A program made the translations under genes and the position numbers. DNA of 64,000 nt from an uncultured Candidatus Binatia bacterium (lineage in GTDB: Bacteria; Desulfobacterota; Binatia; UBA9968; JAJDTQ01), in contig OZ251459.1 in the NCBI GenBank assembly GCA_965242525.1, positions 3,040,001 to 3,104,000 of the forward strand. Reading direction: 5' to 3'. This document shows, piece by piece, positions 1 through 8,456 of this stretch. Position 1 is the stretch's first letter. Each line of letters begins with the position of its first letter. A model generated the notes under the pieces. The model did not search any database and had not been told where the DNA came from. It worked only from the letters and a program-made list of their open reading frames with translations.

Positions 1-2030
1 ACGAGGTCGGGGGGAGGCAGCGGACGTTCGAGACGCCGGCCCCTGCTCCCGTCGGCGGCGCCGTAGAAGCCCGCCTCGTCGCATCGGTCGGCGCCCCCCA
101 GCAGCTTGCCGGTCGCCGCGGTCCAAGGGAGCGCCGCGAACTTGTCCACGGTGGCGACCACGAAGGCCGGAAGGCGGCGGTAGATGGGCTCGTCCACCGC
201 CACCACCGGGAGCGGCCGGTCGCCGTTGAAGTCGCAATCGAGGTTCGCGCAGACGATGCGCAACTCGGCGGGCCGGTCGTCGTCGGGCAGCAGGGTGAAG
301 GAAGCGGGTTCGAAAGGGGTCTCGCACCAGGGGCAGTTCTCCAGGGGGATGGGGGAGGGCTTGCCGCCGGGGTCTGCCTTGAACTGCCGGGTCCTGGAGC
401 GCGCCGAATCCGAGCGCCGGTCGCCCTTCCGGCCCATGAGGTTGGGGGTCGCGGCCTTGCCCACCCACAGGCCGATCTCGAACGGCCATTGGCCGTAGCG
501 GGCCGCGTCCGCCTGGCGCTCCAACTCCAGCGCGCAGACCAGGCCGGAGACCCGGGCGAGCTGGTCCAGGGTGAGCAGGCGCAGCGTATAGCGCATGACG
601 ACGCTCACGCCCGCGCCTTGCAGCCCGTTCCGGCCCGGGTTGCGCAGTCTTCGCAGCACCATGGCGAAGGCGGCGAGGCCCAGGTACGCCTCGGTCTTGC
701 CGCCGCCGGTGGGGAAGAAGAGCAGGTCCACCACTTCGCGGTCCGGGTCCCCCGGGTCGGCCACCCCGGGGACGTTCAACAGGAGGAACGCAAGCTGGAA
801 GGCGCGCCAGCAGGGCAGCTCATGCCCGAGTTGACTCGCCAGCCGCCGCCGGAGGGCGCGCGCCACCGCACGGTTGGCCACCCGGAACGCATCGAGGGCG
901 TCCGCGTCCGAGGCCAACACCGCAAGACCGCGCCCCATCCGGTCCGCGGCGACCGCGGCCCGGCGCAACAGTTCCTCCGCGGTGGCGCGCCGCGCACCCG
1001 CCAGCGTCGAGAGGTCCTCGCGCCGGGAGGCGATCCAGCCGCGGTAACGCTCCACGAGAGGCCGCAGCGCCGCCTCCGCGGCCGGTCCGTCGGGAAGCGA
1101 TCCCAAGGCGTCCATGGAAAGCTCGGCGCCCGGCACGTCCACGGTCTCGGTCTTCTCCACGTCGGCGCGGGGGATCCACGCGGTGCGCAGCGTGCGGCAG
1201 GCGCCGTCCACGATCTCCCAGTCCGCGGCCACGCCGTGGCCGGTGGCGTACTCGGGCGTGTCCGCATAATGCAGGTCCGCCACCTTCTCGTCCCAGTCCG
1301 CGGCGCGGACGCCGCGCAGGTCGGGCCGCGGCGCGAAAGCGTGCCCGCCGCGCACCTCGACCTCGGCCTGGAAGGCGTAGGCAAGGTCGGGTTTGTCGTC
1401 GTCCGGTCTGCGCCGGTTGACCAGGAACACGGACGCCGCCCGCGTCCCCGCGGGAAGCTCCGCCAGCCCCTCGGTGTCGATGGACCGCTGGACCACGTGA
1501 AGCCAGAGGCCGCCGGACTCCGGGACCTCCCGTTCGCCGGGTTGCGACAACTCTACCCGCATGGTCCGTTGGTTGGGCCGCCGTTGCCAGACGGCGTCGG
1601 ACTTTCCGTCGGCGTCCCGGACCTCCGCGAGCTCGTAATCGCCCCACCGCACGGTCACGGTCAGGACTTCCTCCTCCCCGGCCACCAGGAAGCTCAACCC
1701 CAGTGACGACGGAAAGAACCCCTTCCTGGCCGCCCGGCGCTCCTCCACCGACTCCTCGGCGAGGCCGCCCGCCCCGGGAACCTCGTCGATGTCGTCGTCT
1801 TCGTCCGCGTCCGCGCTCCGCTCCGGGTCCGTGCCCGACGGGATCAGGAAGCCGGTGAGATACCAGTTGGACGGCCGCACCCACCCGGGCAACCGCTCGC
1901 TTGCGTGTTCATGCCCCGCCCACGGCCCGATGAGGTCCAGGTTCAGGGCCTCCACCAGGCGTTCGCGGACGGCCGCGGAGTCGGCCAACGGGGCGTCCGC
2001 GGTTCCCGCGGCGGTTTCGGGCGGGGTCAT
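1..2030 (-). CDS. drmA: DISARM helicase DrmA, N-terminal ~676 codons (continues beyond left edge of window)
   Basis: Not in the ORF track because it has no stop in the window. Read manually from ATG at 2030: MTPPETAAG...RERLVEALNLDLIGP...PSNWYLTGFL...KGFFPSSLGLSF, Walker A LLFFPTGGGKTEAYLGL, WPFEIGLWVGKAATPN, LENCPWC, VDEPIYRRLPAFVVATVDKFA. Co-oriented with drmD and drmMI. Confidence 0.85.
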   Translation of the reverse strand, partial: MTPPETAAGTADAPLADSAAVRERLVEALNLDLIGPWAGHEHASERLPGWVRPSNWYLTGFLIPSGTDPERSADADEDDDIDEVPGAGGLAEESVEERRAARKGFFPSSLGLSFLVAGEEEVLTVTVRWGDYELAEVRDADGKSDAVWQRRPNQRTMRVELSQPGEREVPESGGLWLHVVQRSIDTEGLAELPAGTRAASVFLVNRRRPDDDKPDLAYAFQAEVEVRGGHAFAPRPDLRGVRAADWDEKVADLHYADTPEYATGHGVAADWEIVDGACRTLRTAWIPRADVEKTETVDVPGAELSMDALGSLPDGPAAEAALRPLVERYRGWIASRREDLSTLAGARRATAEELLRRAAVAADRMGRGLAVLASDADALDAFRVANRAVARALRRRLASQLGHELPCWRAFQLAFLLLNVPGVADPGDPDREVVDLLFFPTGGGKTEAYLGLAAFAMVLRRLRNPGRNGLQGAGVSVVMRYTLRLLTLDQLARVSGLVCALELERQADAARYGQWPFEIGLWVGKAATPNLMGRKGDRRSDSARSRTRQFKADPGGKPSPIPLENCPWCETPFEPASFTLLPDDDRPAELRIVCANLDCDFNGDRPLPVVAVDEPIYRRLPAFVVATVDKFAALPWTAATGKLLGGADRCDEAGFYGAADGSRGRRLERPLPPPDL

Positions 2031-2117
2031 GCGGGAGTCCCCGGTTTCGACTTGACGGCGCGGTTGGCCTCCATGCCTGCGATGCCTGCCCTTCCCGCCC
2101 TCAGCGGCTCCACCCGT

Positions 2118-3341
2118 TCAACCCTGGACGGACGCCGCAGCCCTGCGCCTGACGTAGGCCATGAGGCTGGGGATGCCCGCGGCGATGGACCCGTCCGCAT
2201 CGCCTTCGGCGACGTATCCCAACAGTCGAAGGTTCTCCAGCGCGTCGTCGGCGCTCATTGGTGCCGAGTCCGAAGCCAGTCCCTCGGTCAAGCGGTCGAT
2301 GGCTGCGTCCCTGGCGATGGACCGGGCGCCGTCGGAACAGGCGCCGGCCAGGGCAGCCGCGGCCTGGGGGATCCGTAGTTCGACGATCTCTCGCCACCGC
2401 TCTGCATAGTAGCGGTTGCGAAGCTGCCGGACCGCGGGCCGCGCCCGTTGGACGTGCGCCAGGGTCAACCGCGTCTCGTGGTCACCCAAGGTCCGCAGCG
2501 CGTGTCTGCCCCACATCTGCAGGAAGTAGGGATAGCAGCCGGCGTCGTCCACCATGTGGTCCAACGCATCCCGGTCCACCTGCACGCCGCCGGTGTGGAG
2601 CGGCTTGCGGATGGCGTCTCTGGCAGCGGGTCGATTCAGCAACCCGACCGGCATGTCGCCTTCGTCCAGCCTGCTCCAGAAGCTGGAGTCCATGCGACCC
2701 AAGTGCGGCGCCAGGAGGGGCGTCCCCGCCAAGACGAGCATGAACGGCGCCTCGTCCCGAACCGCCTGGGATGCGTTCAACAGCGCCGTCCCTACTTCCG
2801 GGTCGAGGGTGTGCGCCTCATCCACCAGCAGCATCGAGGACTTGTCCCGGCAGGATCGGACCAGCGCTTCGACCCATTCCGCCTCGTCCATGCCATCATA
2901 AGTGTCGGTGGTGACGCGCTTCCCGCCCATGCGGGTCGCTCCGAGTCCCAAGCCGCCCCCGGTTTCCACCGCCCGGGTGCTCCCGGTCACGACGCTCGTG
3001 CCCAACGTTGCCCGAAAGAGCTTCGGAAGCGTCTTCAAGGCAAAGGCCGGCAGCAGGACGACGCGGATGTTCCTCGCCCCCCGCACGGCGGGCTTCGCTC
3101 CCTCCCGTTTGGCCCAGTTGAGCAGCGCCGTCTTCCCTACGCCGCGGGGACCCTGGACGGCGGCGTCATGGGCGGGGGCCTTGCCCCGGCGCAGCTCGCC
3201 CATCATCCGGTCCAGGACTCCCTGCTCATGCTCCCGCCCGGCCAGGAAGAAGGGCATGCCCCCGGCGCCGGGCCGAAACAGGTCGGTTCGGTCCACCGTC
3301 CGTGGGGTTCGTCTGCCGGGTTCGCGGGTCATCGTGTCCAT
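2118..3341 (-). CDS. P-loop AAA/STAND-like ATP-binding protein (AAA_16-like)
   Basis: 407 aa ORF; FLAGRE, Walker A GPRGVGKT, Walker B LLVDEAH, GCYPYFLQ motif. Confidence 0.8.
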   Translation of the reverse strand: MDTMTREPGRRTPRTVDRTDLFRPGAGGMPFFLAGREHEQGVLDRMMGELRRGKAPAHDAAVQGPRGVGKTALLNWAKREGAKPAVRGARNIRVVLLPAFALKTLPKLFRATLGTSVVTGSTRAVETGGGLGLGATRMGGKRVTTDTYDGMDEAEWVEALVRSCRDKSSMLLVDEAHTLDPEVGTALLNASQAVRDEAPFMLVLAGTPLLAPHLGRMDSSFWSRLDEGDMPVGLLNRPAARDAIRKPLHTGGVQVDRDALDHMVDDAGCYPYFLQMWGRHALRTLGDHETRLTLAHVQRARPAVRQLRNRYYAERWREIVELRIPQAAAALAGACSDGARSIARDAAIDRLTEGLASDSAPMSADDALENLRLLGYVAEGDADGSIAAGIPSLMAYVRRRAAASVQG

Positions 3342-3546
3342 GGCGCGGGTCTCGATGCCGAGCCTCGTTCCTCAACGTTTATCTCCGATGCACGAGGAAA
3401 GCCACCCAACGCCCGGCAAAGCCGGGACAGGAGCATCCGGTCTCCACGAACTTCTTTCCGAGCCCCCCTGAGCCGCCTTGACCTTCTTCGTGCCCGATGG
3501 CCGTATTGACACGGCGCGAAACCGTTAGCGGTCTCGAACGAGATGT

Positions 3547-3575
3547 TTGACTTTCGGACGCCTCGGTGCTAAGGT
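3547..3575 (+). promoter_or_regulatory. Putative sigma70 promoter for the XRE-TIR-Nmad2 operon
   Basis: TTGACT-17 bp-TAAGGT with TG extended -10, about 90 bp upstream of the XRE gene. Confidence 0.4.
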
Positions 3576-3665
3576 GTTTCACTATCTAACCGAGGGTACA
3601 GAATCCCTCAGATGATGGGCTTTCTCAACTATCGGAACACAACCGACGAGCATACAGGACCGCAC

Positions 3666-4019
3666 ATGATGACCGACGAGGAGACCGTCCGCAAAGCTCT
3701 CAGCACACGGCTCAAGGAGGCGAGGGAGTACCGGGGGTTCTCTCAAGAGGAAGTGGCCCGTTATCTCCGGGTGCCTCGAACGGCAATTTCCCTAATGGAG
3801 AGCGGAGCGCGGCGCGTGAGCGCTCTGGAGCTCAGCCGCCTCGCCAAGCTCTATCAGACCAGCATGGAAAGCCTCACGGGACAGGAACCGGAAGAAGCGG
3901 AACCGGAGTCTATCCGTCTGGTAGCGCGCGCTGCCGCCAAGCTATCGCCGAAAGACCGCGATGAGGTCCTGCGTTTCGCACAGTTCTTGCGTACGAGGGT
4001 GTCGGATGAACCGGCATAA
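3666..4019 (+). CDS. XRE-family helix-turn-helix transcriptional regulator
   Basis: RLKEAREYRGFSQEEVARYLRVPRTAISLMESGARRVSALELSRLAKLY is an HTH_3 pattern; start taken at ATG 3666. Confidence 0.9.
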   Translation: MMTDEETVRKALSTRLKEAREYRGFSQEEVARYLRVPRTAISLMESGARRVSALELSRLAKLYQTSMESLTGQEPEEAEPESIRLVARAAAKLSPKDRDEVLRFAQFLRTRVSDEPA

Positions 4020-4033
4020 ATTGTGAGGATACG

Positions 4034-4519
4034 ATGAACCTGTCATCATTGTTCGAACGATTTCGCCTGAAGAACGTGCACCTGGGGCCGCGGTGGGCCA
4101 ACGTTGAATTCGAGTTCAAGGACGAAGACCGGAGCGCCGCATGGGAATTGTACGTCGAGATGCTGACTCGGATCGTCACGCAACCACTACCGGCGAGTGC
4201 GGGGGATGAACGAACTGCCCTGGAAAGCGTCCATTCGCTGTTTCCGACCACCCGTGAAATTCTGCGCCGACACGGAAGCGGCGCCGTGCAGTTCAGCAAG
4301 GTGGCGATTCCCATCCTGAACCAGGTGGTGCGCCCCTTTACCGCGAAGTGGCACAGAGAATCCCTGTCGGGCGCTTTCGACGACGCGAAAAGGCGCAAGG
4401 AGTTTCGGGGAGAGATGGAACATCTGCGGACGAACCTGCGTCACTACAACCGCATGCTGGCGGAGATCGCCGACGTGGAAGACTTGACCGACCTGGAGCA
4501 CTTGGACGAAGGAAAATGA
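4034..4519 (+). CDS. Hypothetical helical protein, in operon with TIR gene
   Basis: 161 aa ORF with RBS (gagga); AWELYVEMLTRIVTQPL...LNQVVRPFTAKWH; stop 4 bp before the TIR gene. Confidence 0.75.
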   Translation: MNLSSLFERFRLKNVHLGPRWANVEFEFKDEDRSAAWELYVEMLTRIVTQPLPASAGDERTALESVHSLFPTTREILRRHGSGAVQFSKVAIPILNQVVRPFTAKWHRESLSGAFDDAKRRKEFRGEMEHLRTNLRHYNRMLAEIADVEDLTDLEHLDEGK

Positions 4520-4523
4520 ACCG

Positions 4524-5000
4524 ATGGCGGAAGAAATCCGGAACGTATTCATCAGCCACCGGCACGAGGACGACGCCGGCCTGGCGGAACTCAAGCGGCT
4601 GGTCGGGCAGCATGGCTTGACTTGCCGTGACTACTCCATAACCGCGGACAATCCGAACAATGCCCACAATGGGCAATACATAAAGTCCGAGATCCTCGCT
4701 CCGCGCATACGCCAAGCCGGCTGTCTGGTGGTGTACGTATCGAAAAGGACGAAACAGAGCGAGTGGGTGGAATGGGAGATCGACTACGCCCAGAAACAAG
4801 GCAAGCGGATCGTGGGCGTCTGGGCGCGCGGAGACCTGGATTGCGACCTGCCGGCCGCCCTGGATCGTCACGCCGACGCCATGGTCGGCTGGAGCGGCGA
4901 GAACATCATCGACGCCATCAACGGCGGGTCCGACACATGGTACAACCCGGACGGGTCCATGTACGGTTACCGCGCCATTCCACGAGTTGTCTGCCAATGA
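4524..5000 (+). CDS. TIR domain protein (DUF1863 / ThsB-like)
   Basis: RNVFISHRHED, LVVYVSKRTKQSEWVEWEIDYA (catalytic Glu retained), KRIVGVW. Confidence 0.85.
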   Translation: MAEEIRNVFISHRHEDDAGLAELKRLVGQHGLTCRDYSITADNPNNAHNGQYIKSEILAPRIRQAGCLVVYVSKRTKQSEWVEWEIDYAQKQGKRIVGVWARGDLDCDLPAALDRHADAMVGWSGENIIDAINGGSDTWYNPDGSMYGYRAIPRVVCQ

Positions 5001-5010
5001 GGATAACCCG

Positions 5011-5775
5011 ATGCCGAAACTCTATTCATATGTCGTGGCAAGGGATTACGGGTTCGCTCCGAACCCCTTCTGCGGTTTCTGCACGCTGGCGACATGCAAA
5101 CCGGAGATACGCCGGAAAGCCGCTGTCGGCGATTGGATCATGGGGACCGGATCGAAACGGACGGAGCGAGAGTCGCACGTGGTTTACGCCATGTGCGTGA
5201 GTGAAGTGATGACGTTCAACGAATACTGGCAGGATACCCGTTTCCGAAACAAGCACCCTGACCTGCACGCCAGCATTCGCAAGGCGTTCGGCGACAACAT
5301 CTACCACCGCAACGACGCCACCGGCAGGTGGCGACAGGCCGACTCTCATCACAGTTGCGAAGACGGGACCCCGAATCGCCAGAACGTCGATCACGATACC
5401 CGCGTGGACCGGGTTCTTGTCAGTGACGATTTCATCTACTGGGGTGGTCATGGTCCGAAGATTCCTGCGTCTTTCAGAAAAGATGTCTGTAAGAGCGGAT
5501 CTGGCCACAAATGCAATTTCCCGGCCAAGATCGTGGACGAATGCATCGCGTGGTTGCGTGGTCTTGACGGAAGAGGCTACCGCGGCGATCCGCTGGAGTG
5601 GGACAGGAAGAGCATGGGGCTGCCGTGGCACAAGCGACGAAGGATGCCGCCTTTCCAGCCACGCTCCGCTGTCGCGGCCCGGGCGGCGATTGTCGGCTTG
5701 AAGGCTTTTCAACGGACACACCGCCTGCGCGGGTTGTCGGTTCGGCAGATGGTGGAAGAGGGACGACGGTATTGA
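5011..5775 (+). CDS. Nmad2 (nucleotide modification associated domain 2) protein with C-terminal antitoxin-like extension
   Basis: MPKLYSYVVARDYGFAPNPFCGFCTLATCKPEIRRKA..GDWIMG, GDNIYH, VLVSDDFIYWG; the domain appears to end at GDPLEW and is followed by about 57 extra residues. Confidence 0.8.
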   Translation: MPKLYSYVVARDYGFAPNPFCGFCTLATCKPEIRRKAAVGDWIMGTGSKRTERESHVVYAMCVSEVMTFNEYWQDTRFRNKHPDLHASIRKAFGDNIYHRNDATGRWRQADSHHSCEDGTPNRQNVDHDTRVDRVLVSDDFIYWGGHGPKIPASFRKDVCKSGSGHKCNFPAKIVDECIAWLRGLDGRGYRGDPLEWDRKSMGLPWHKRRRMPPFQPRSAVAARAAIVGLKAFQRTHRLRGLSVRQMVEEGRRY

Positions 5776-6191
5776 CGGCGTTCGTTCTCGATTGCTCGGT
5801 CACCATGGCCTGGATGTTTCGCGACGAAGCGACCGATGCCACCGATCGGCTGCGGGACATGCTGAACGATGATCGTGCCCTGGTTCCCGCCCTCTGGCCC
5901 ACAGAAACCGCCAACGCGCTTCTCGTTGCGACCCGGCGGGGACGTATCGCCTTGGACGAACTGCCGCGACTTCGCATGCAACTCAATGCGCTGCCGATCG
6001 ACATCGACCCGATCTCAACCGCCCATACCTGGGGGCCGGTGCTCGATCTCGCACACGCGCACCGGCTCACCGTCTATGATGCGACGTATCTCGAACTTGC
6101 CATGCGGAGACGGCTTCCTCTGGCCACCCTGGATCGTGCCCTCCACAACGCCGCGCGGACGGAAGGGTGCGAGATGCCGGGGTCCGCGTAA
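5772..6191 (+). CDS. vapC: VapC-like PIN domain toxin
   Basis: TTG start overlaps the upstream TGA (TTGA); FVLDCSVTMAW, PALWPTETANAL, LTVYDATYLELA, LATLDRAL. Confidence 0.85.
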   Translation: MTAFVLDCSVTMAWMFRDEATDATDRLRDMLNDDRALVPALWPTETANALLVATRRGRIALDELPRLRMQLNALPIDIDPISTAHTWGPVLDLAHAHRLTVYDATYLELAMRRRLPLATLDRALHNAARTEGCEMPGSA

Positions 6192-6205
6192 GACAGAGTG
6201 GGAAC

Positions 6206-7285
6206 ATGGACAACGTGTCGTGGTTTGCGCAGTACTGCGAGAACGCCGAACGCACGGACCAGCTCGTCGGTCACCGGAGGCACGTCGAACTGCTGGCGGC
6301 GGGTCTTGTCGGTGAAACCGGCAGCATTCTCGCGGAGTTGAAGAAGAAGGACAGGGAGAAGACGGCCTATCCTTTCGACCGGGAACGTCTCGAAGAAGAG
6401 ATTGGCGACGTTTTGTGGTACCTCGCTCGTCTGGTTGGAGTCCTGGCGCCATCCGAAGTAACGAAGCTGGACGACTCGGCTGCCCGTGCGGAGCAGCAGA
6501 ACGGCGATGACCTCGCGAATGCAATCGCCCTCGGCAGTGCCGTCGGCGCCATGCTCGACACGTTGCGGGAAGACTCCGGCAACGATGCCTCGCAGCGGCT
6601 CGGAGCGGTTTGGCGAGCCCTTGGTCAAGTCGCTGCCGGTTTGAAGATCGAGCTTCGCGATGCGGCTTGCAGGAACCGTCAGAAGACACGAAGCCGATGG
6701 CCAAGCGAGCGAAAGCCCGTAACGCTGTTCGACGACCGATTTCCCGAGGAGGAGCAGATTCCGCACAAACTGAACGTCGAGTTTCGGGAGATCGAGCATG
6801 GCGACAAGCCCGTCGTCATCCTGCGTTGCAACGGCATCAACGTTGGAGATCCCCTGACCGACAACATCGGGGCGGCCGATGGCTACCGATTCCACGACGT
6901 TTTCCATTTCGCGCATGCCGTGTACCTCGGATGGTCGCCGGTCTCGCGCGGCCTCCTGAAATGCAAGCGGAAAAGCAGCCCAGCCATCGACGAGAACGAG
7001 GACGGAGCACGCGCGGGGATCATCGAGGAGGCGGTGTCGGCGATCGTCTTCAGCCAAGCGAAGGAAACACGCTTCTACAAAGGCATCGATCACGTCGATT
7101 ACGATCTGCTCAAGACCATCAAGGGGTTCGTGAAGGGCTTCGAGGTTGACCGTGCGCCGTTGTGGCAGTGGGAAGAAGCCATTCTCAACGGCTACCGCGT
7201 ATTCCGGGAGCTTCAGGATCACGGAGGCGGGAAATTGACCCTGGACTTGCTCAATAGGGATCTCCGCTACGAGGCGCCGTCGTGA
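6206..7285 (+). CDS. MazG-like nucleoside triphosphate pyrophosphohydrolase with MazG_C domain
   Basis: GLVGETGSILAELKK...EEEIGDVLWYL (MazG) plus GDPLTDN...DGYRFHDVFHFAHA..LGWSPV..KRKS..DENEDGARA..IEEAVS (MazG_C). Confidence 0.85.
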   Translation: MDNVSWFAQYCENAERTDQLVGHRRHVELLAAGLVGETGSILAELKKKDREKTAYPFDRERLEEEIGDVLWYLARLVGVLAPSEVTKLDDSAARAEQQNGDDLANAIALGSAVGAMLDTLREDSGNDASQRLGAVWRALGQVAAGLKIELRDAACRNRQKTRSRWPSERKPVTLFDDRFPEEEQIPHKLNVEFREIEHGDKPVVILRCNGINVGDPLTDNIGAADGYRFHDVFHFAHAVYLGWSPVSRGLLKCKRKSSPAIDENEDGARAGIIEEAVSAIVFSQAKETRFYKGIDHVDYDLLKTIKGFVKGFEVDRAPLWQWEEAILNGYRVFRELQDHGGGKLTLDLLNRDLRYEAPS

Positions 7286-8456
7286 AAAGCGGGAGCTCCG
7301 GTTGGAGCGGTTGCGGGCTTCCTGCACGGGCACTGCTGTTTTCGGCAATCCACTTTTCGATCCGCTCGTTCAATTCCCACTTCGGCGGGAAGAACGGTTT
7401 GGGCACCGGCCCTGCCGCCGCGAATTTCTGCTTGATGCGTCCGCGCCCGGCACGTCCCTTGACCTCGGGATGAGTGGCCCGGGTGTACTTCGAGATCTCG
7501 CACAACAGGTTCTGGACGTCGATGGGCCGCAGCGATCGACCCCATAGACCGTCAAAACGCAGGTCGTTACGGCGGAACTCTTCTTCCTGGAGATCGGACA
7601 GCCACAGGATCGTATCTTCCGGTGAATAGTCCCCGAGTGATTCGAAGCATTTCGACAACCCGTCCAGCGCGCCCGGTCCGGCCACCACGAAACTCCATTC
7701 GGAGTGGGACGTCAGCGTCGTGTAATTGAGATCGATTGCATACTGGAAGGCGAGAAACGGCCCCAAGGTCGGATACGACAGGAGGAGGGCGTATGCGTCC
7801 TTCAGGGATCGGGAGCGTCTGAGCTTCGCCGGAAGCCGGTCGTCGAGCATGCGGCGCAGCAGTTGGAGATGCATTCGATGCTTCGGCACGCCGGAAATTC
7901 CTCCAGACGGCATGATGTAGGCCGCCGAGTAGATCGCTGCACCAAGCCCGCGGCGTCTGGCGAGCAATTCGTCGCATGCGAGGTAATCGAACCGGTCCGC
8001 CGCGGGACACCCCATATCGCGCACGATGCTTTCCCATGTGTCGATCTTGTTGAAGATCTTGAACAGCATGGTCCGGAGAAACAGCGTGTCGTCATTCGCG
8101 TCGTGGTCCGAATACGCCATGTGGATCAAGTACTGGCTCACTCGGTCCGCGGCGCGGAAGACGTTCGTGAATCGATAGTTCGACAGCACCGGATCGCTGG
8201 TCCACGGGCCCGGCTGCCCGGAAACGCGCCGCAGGTAAACGCGATGACGTTCGGCAGCGAAACGCCAGAGGGTCGAATAGAGGATGGACGGCTTGGGAAG
8301 AGCGCGTTTCGCGAAGGACGCCGTTGTTGACCTTCCAGCGGTTTCATCGGCCGGTTGCGTCGAGGAACTCTGCGGCTCAGCCTTCGGCGACCCGGCGCCG
8401 CCGACCGGGACCTCGGAGCCGATGGCGGGCGGGGCATCCATCGCGGCGTCACGCAT
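7251..8456 (-). CDS. aGPT-Pplase1 / 5-hmdU DNA kinase helical-domain family protein
   Basis: WRFAAERHRVY..R..G.PGPWTSDPVLSNYRFTNVFRAADRVSQYLI, LFKIFNKIDTW, IYSAAYIM, GPFLAFQYAIDLNY, VAGPGALDG, DVQNLLCEISKY. ATG 8456 overlaps the drmMI stop. Confidence 0.8.
   Translation of the reverse strand: MRDAAMDAPPAIGSEVPVGGAGSPKAEPQSSSTQPADETAGRSTTASFAKRALPKPSILYSTLWRFAAERHRVYLRRVSGQPGPWTSDPVLSNYRFTNVFRAADRVSQYLIHMAYSDHDANDDTLFLRTMLFKIFNKIDTWESIVRDMGCPAADRFDYLACDELLARRRGLGAAIYSAAYIMPSGGISGVPKHRMHLQLLRRMLDDRLPAKLRRSRSLKDAYALLLSYPTLGPFLAFQYAIDLNYTTLTSHSEWSFVVAGPGALDGLSKCFESLGDYSPEDTILWLSDLQEEEFRRNDLRFDGLWGRSLRPIDVQNLLCEISKYTRATHPEVKGRAGRGRIKQKFAAAGPVPKPFFPPKWELNERIEKWIAENSSARAGSPQPLQPELPLFTTAPRSGDPY

Noticed and set aside
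489-1884. ORF-track entries 489..1706 (+) and 820..1884 (-)
   Set aside because: Shadows of drmA, which occupies another minus frame open to the window edge.
4524-5000. Calling a complete Thoeris system
   Set aside because: No ThsA-type effector in the window.
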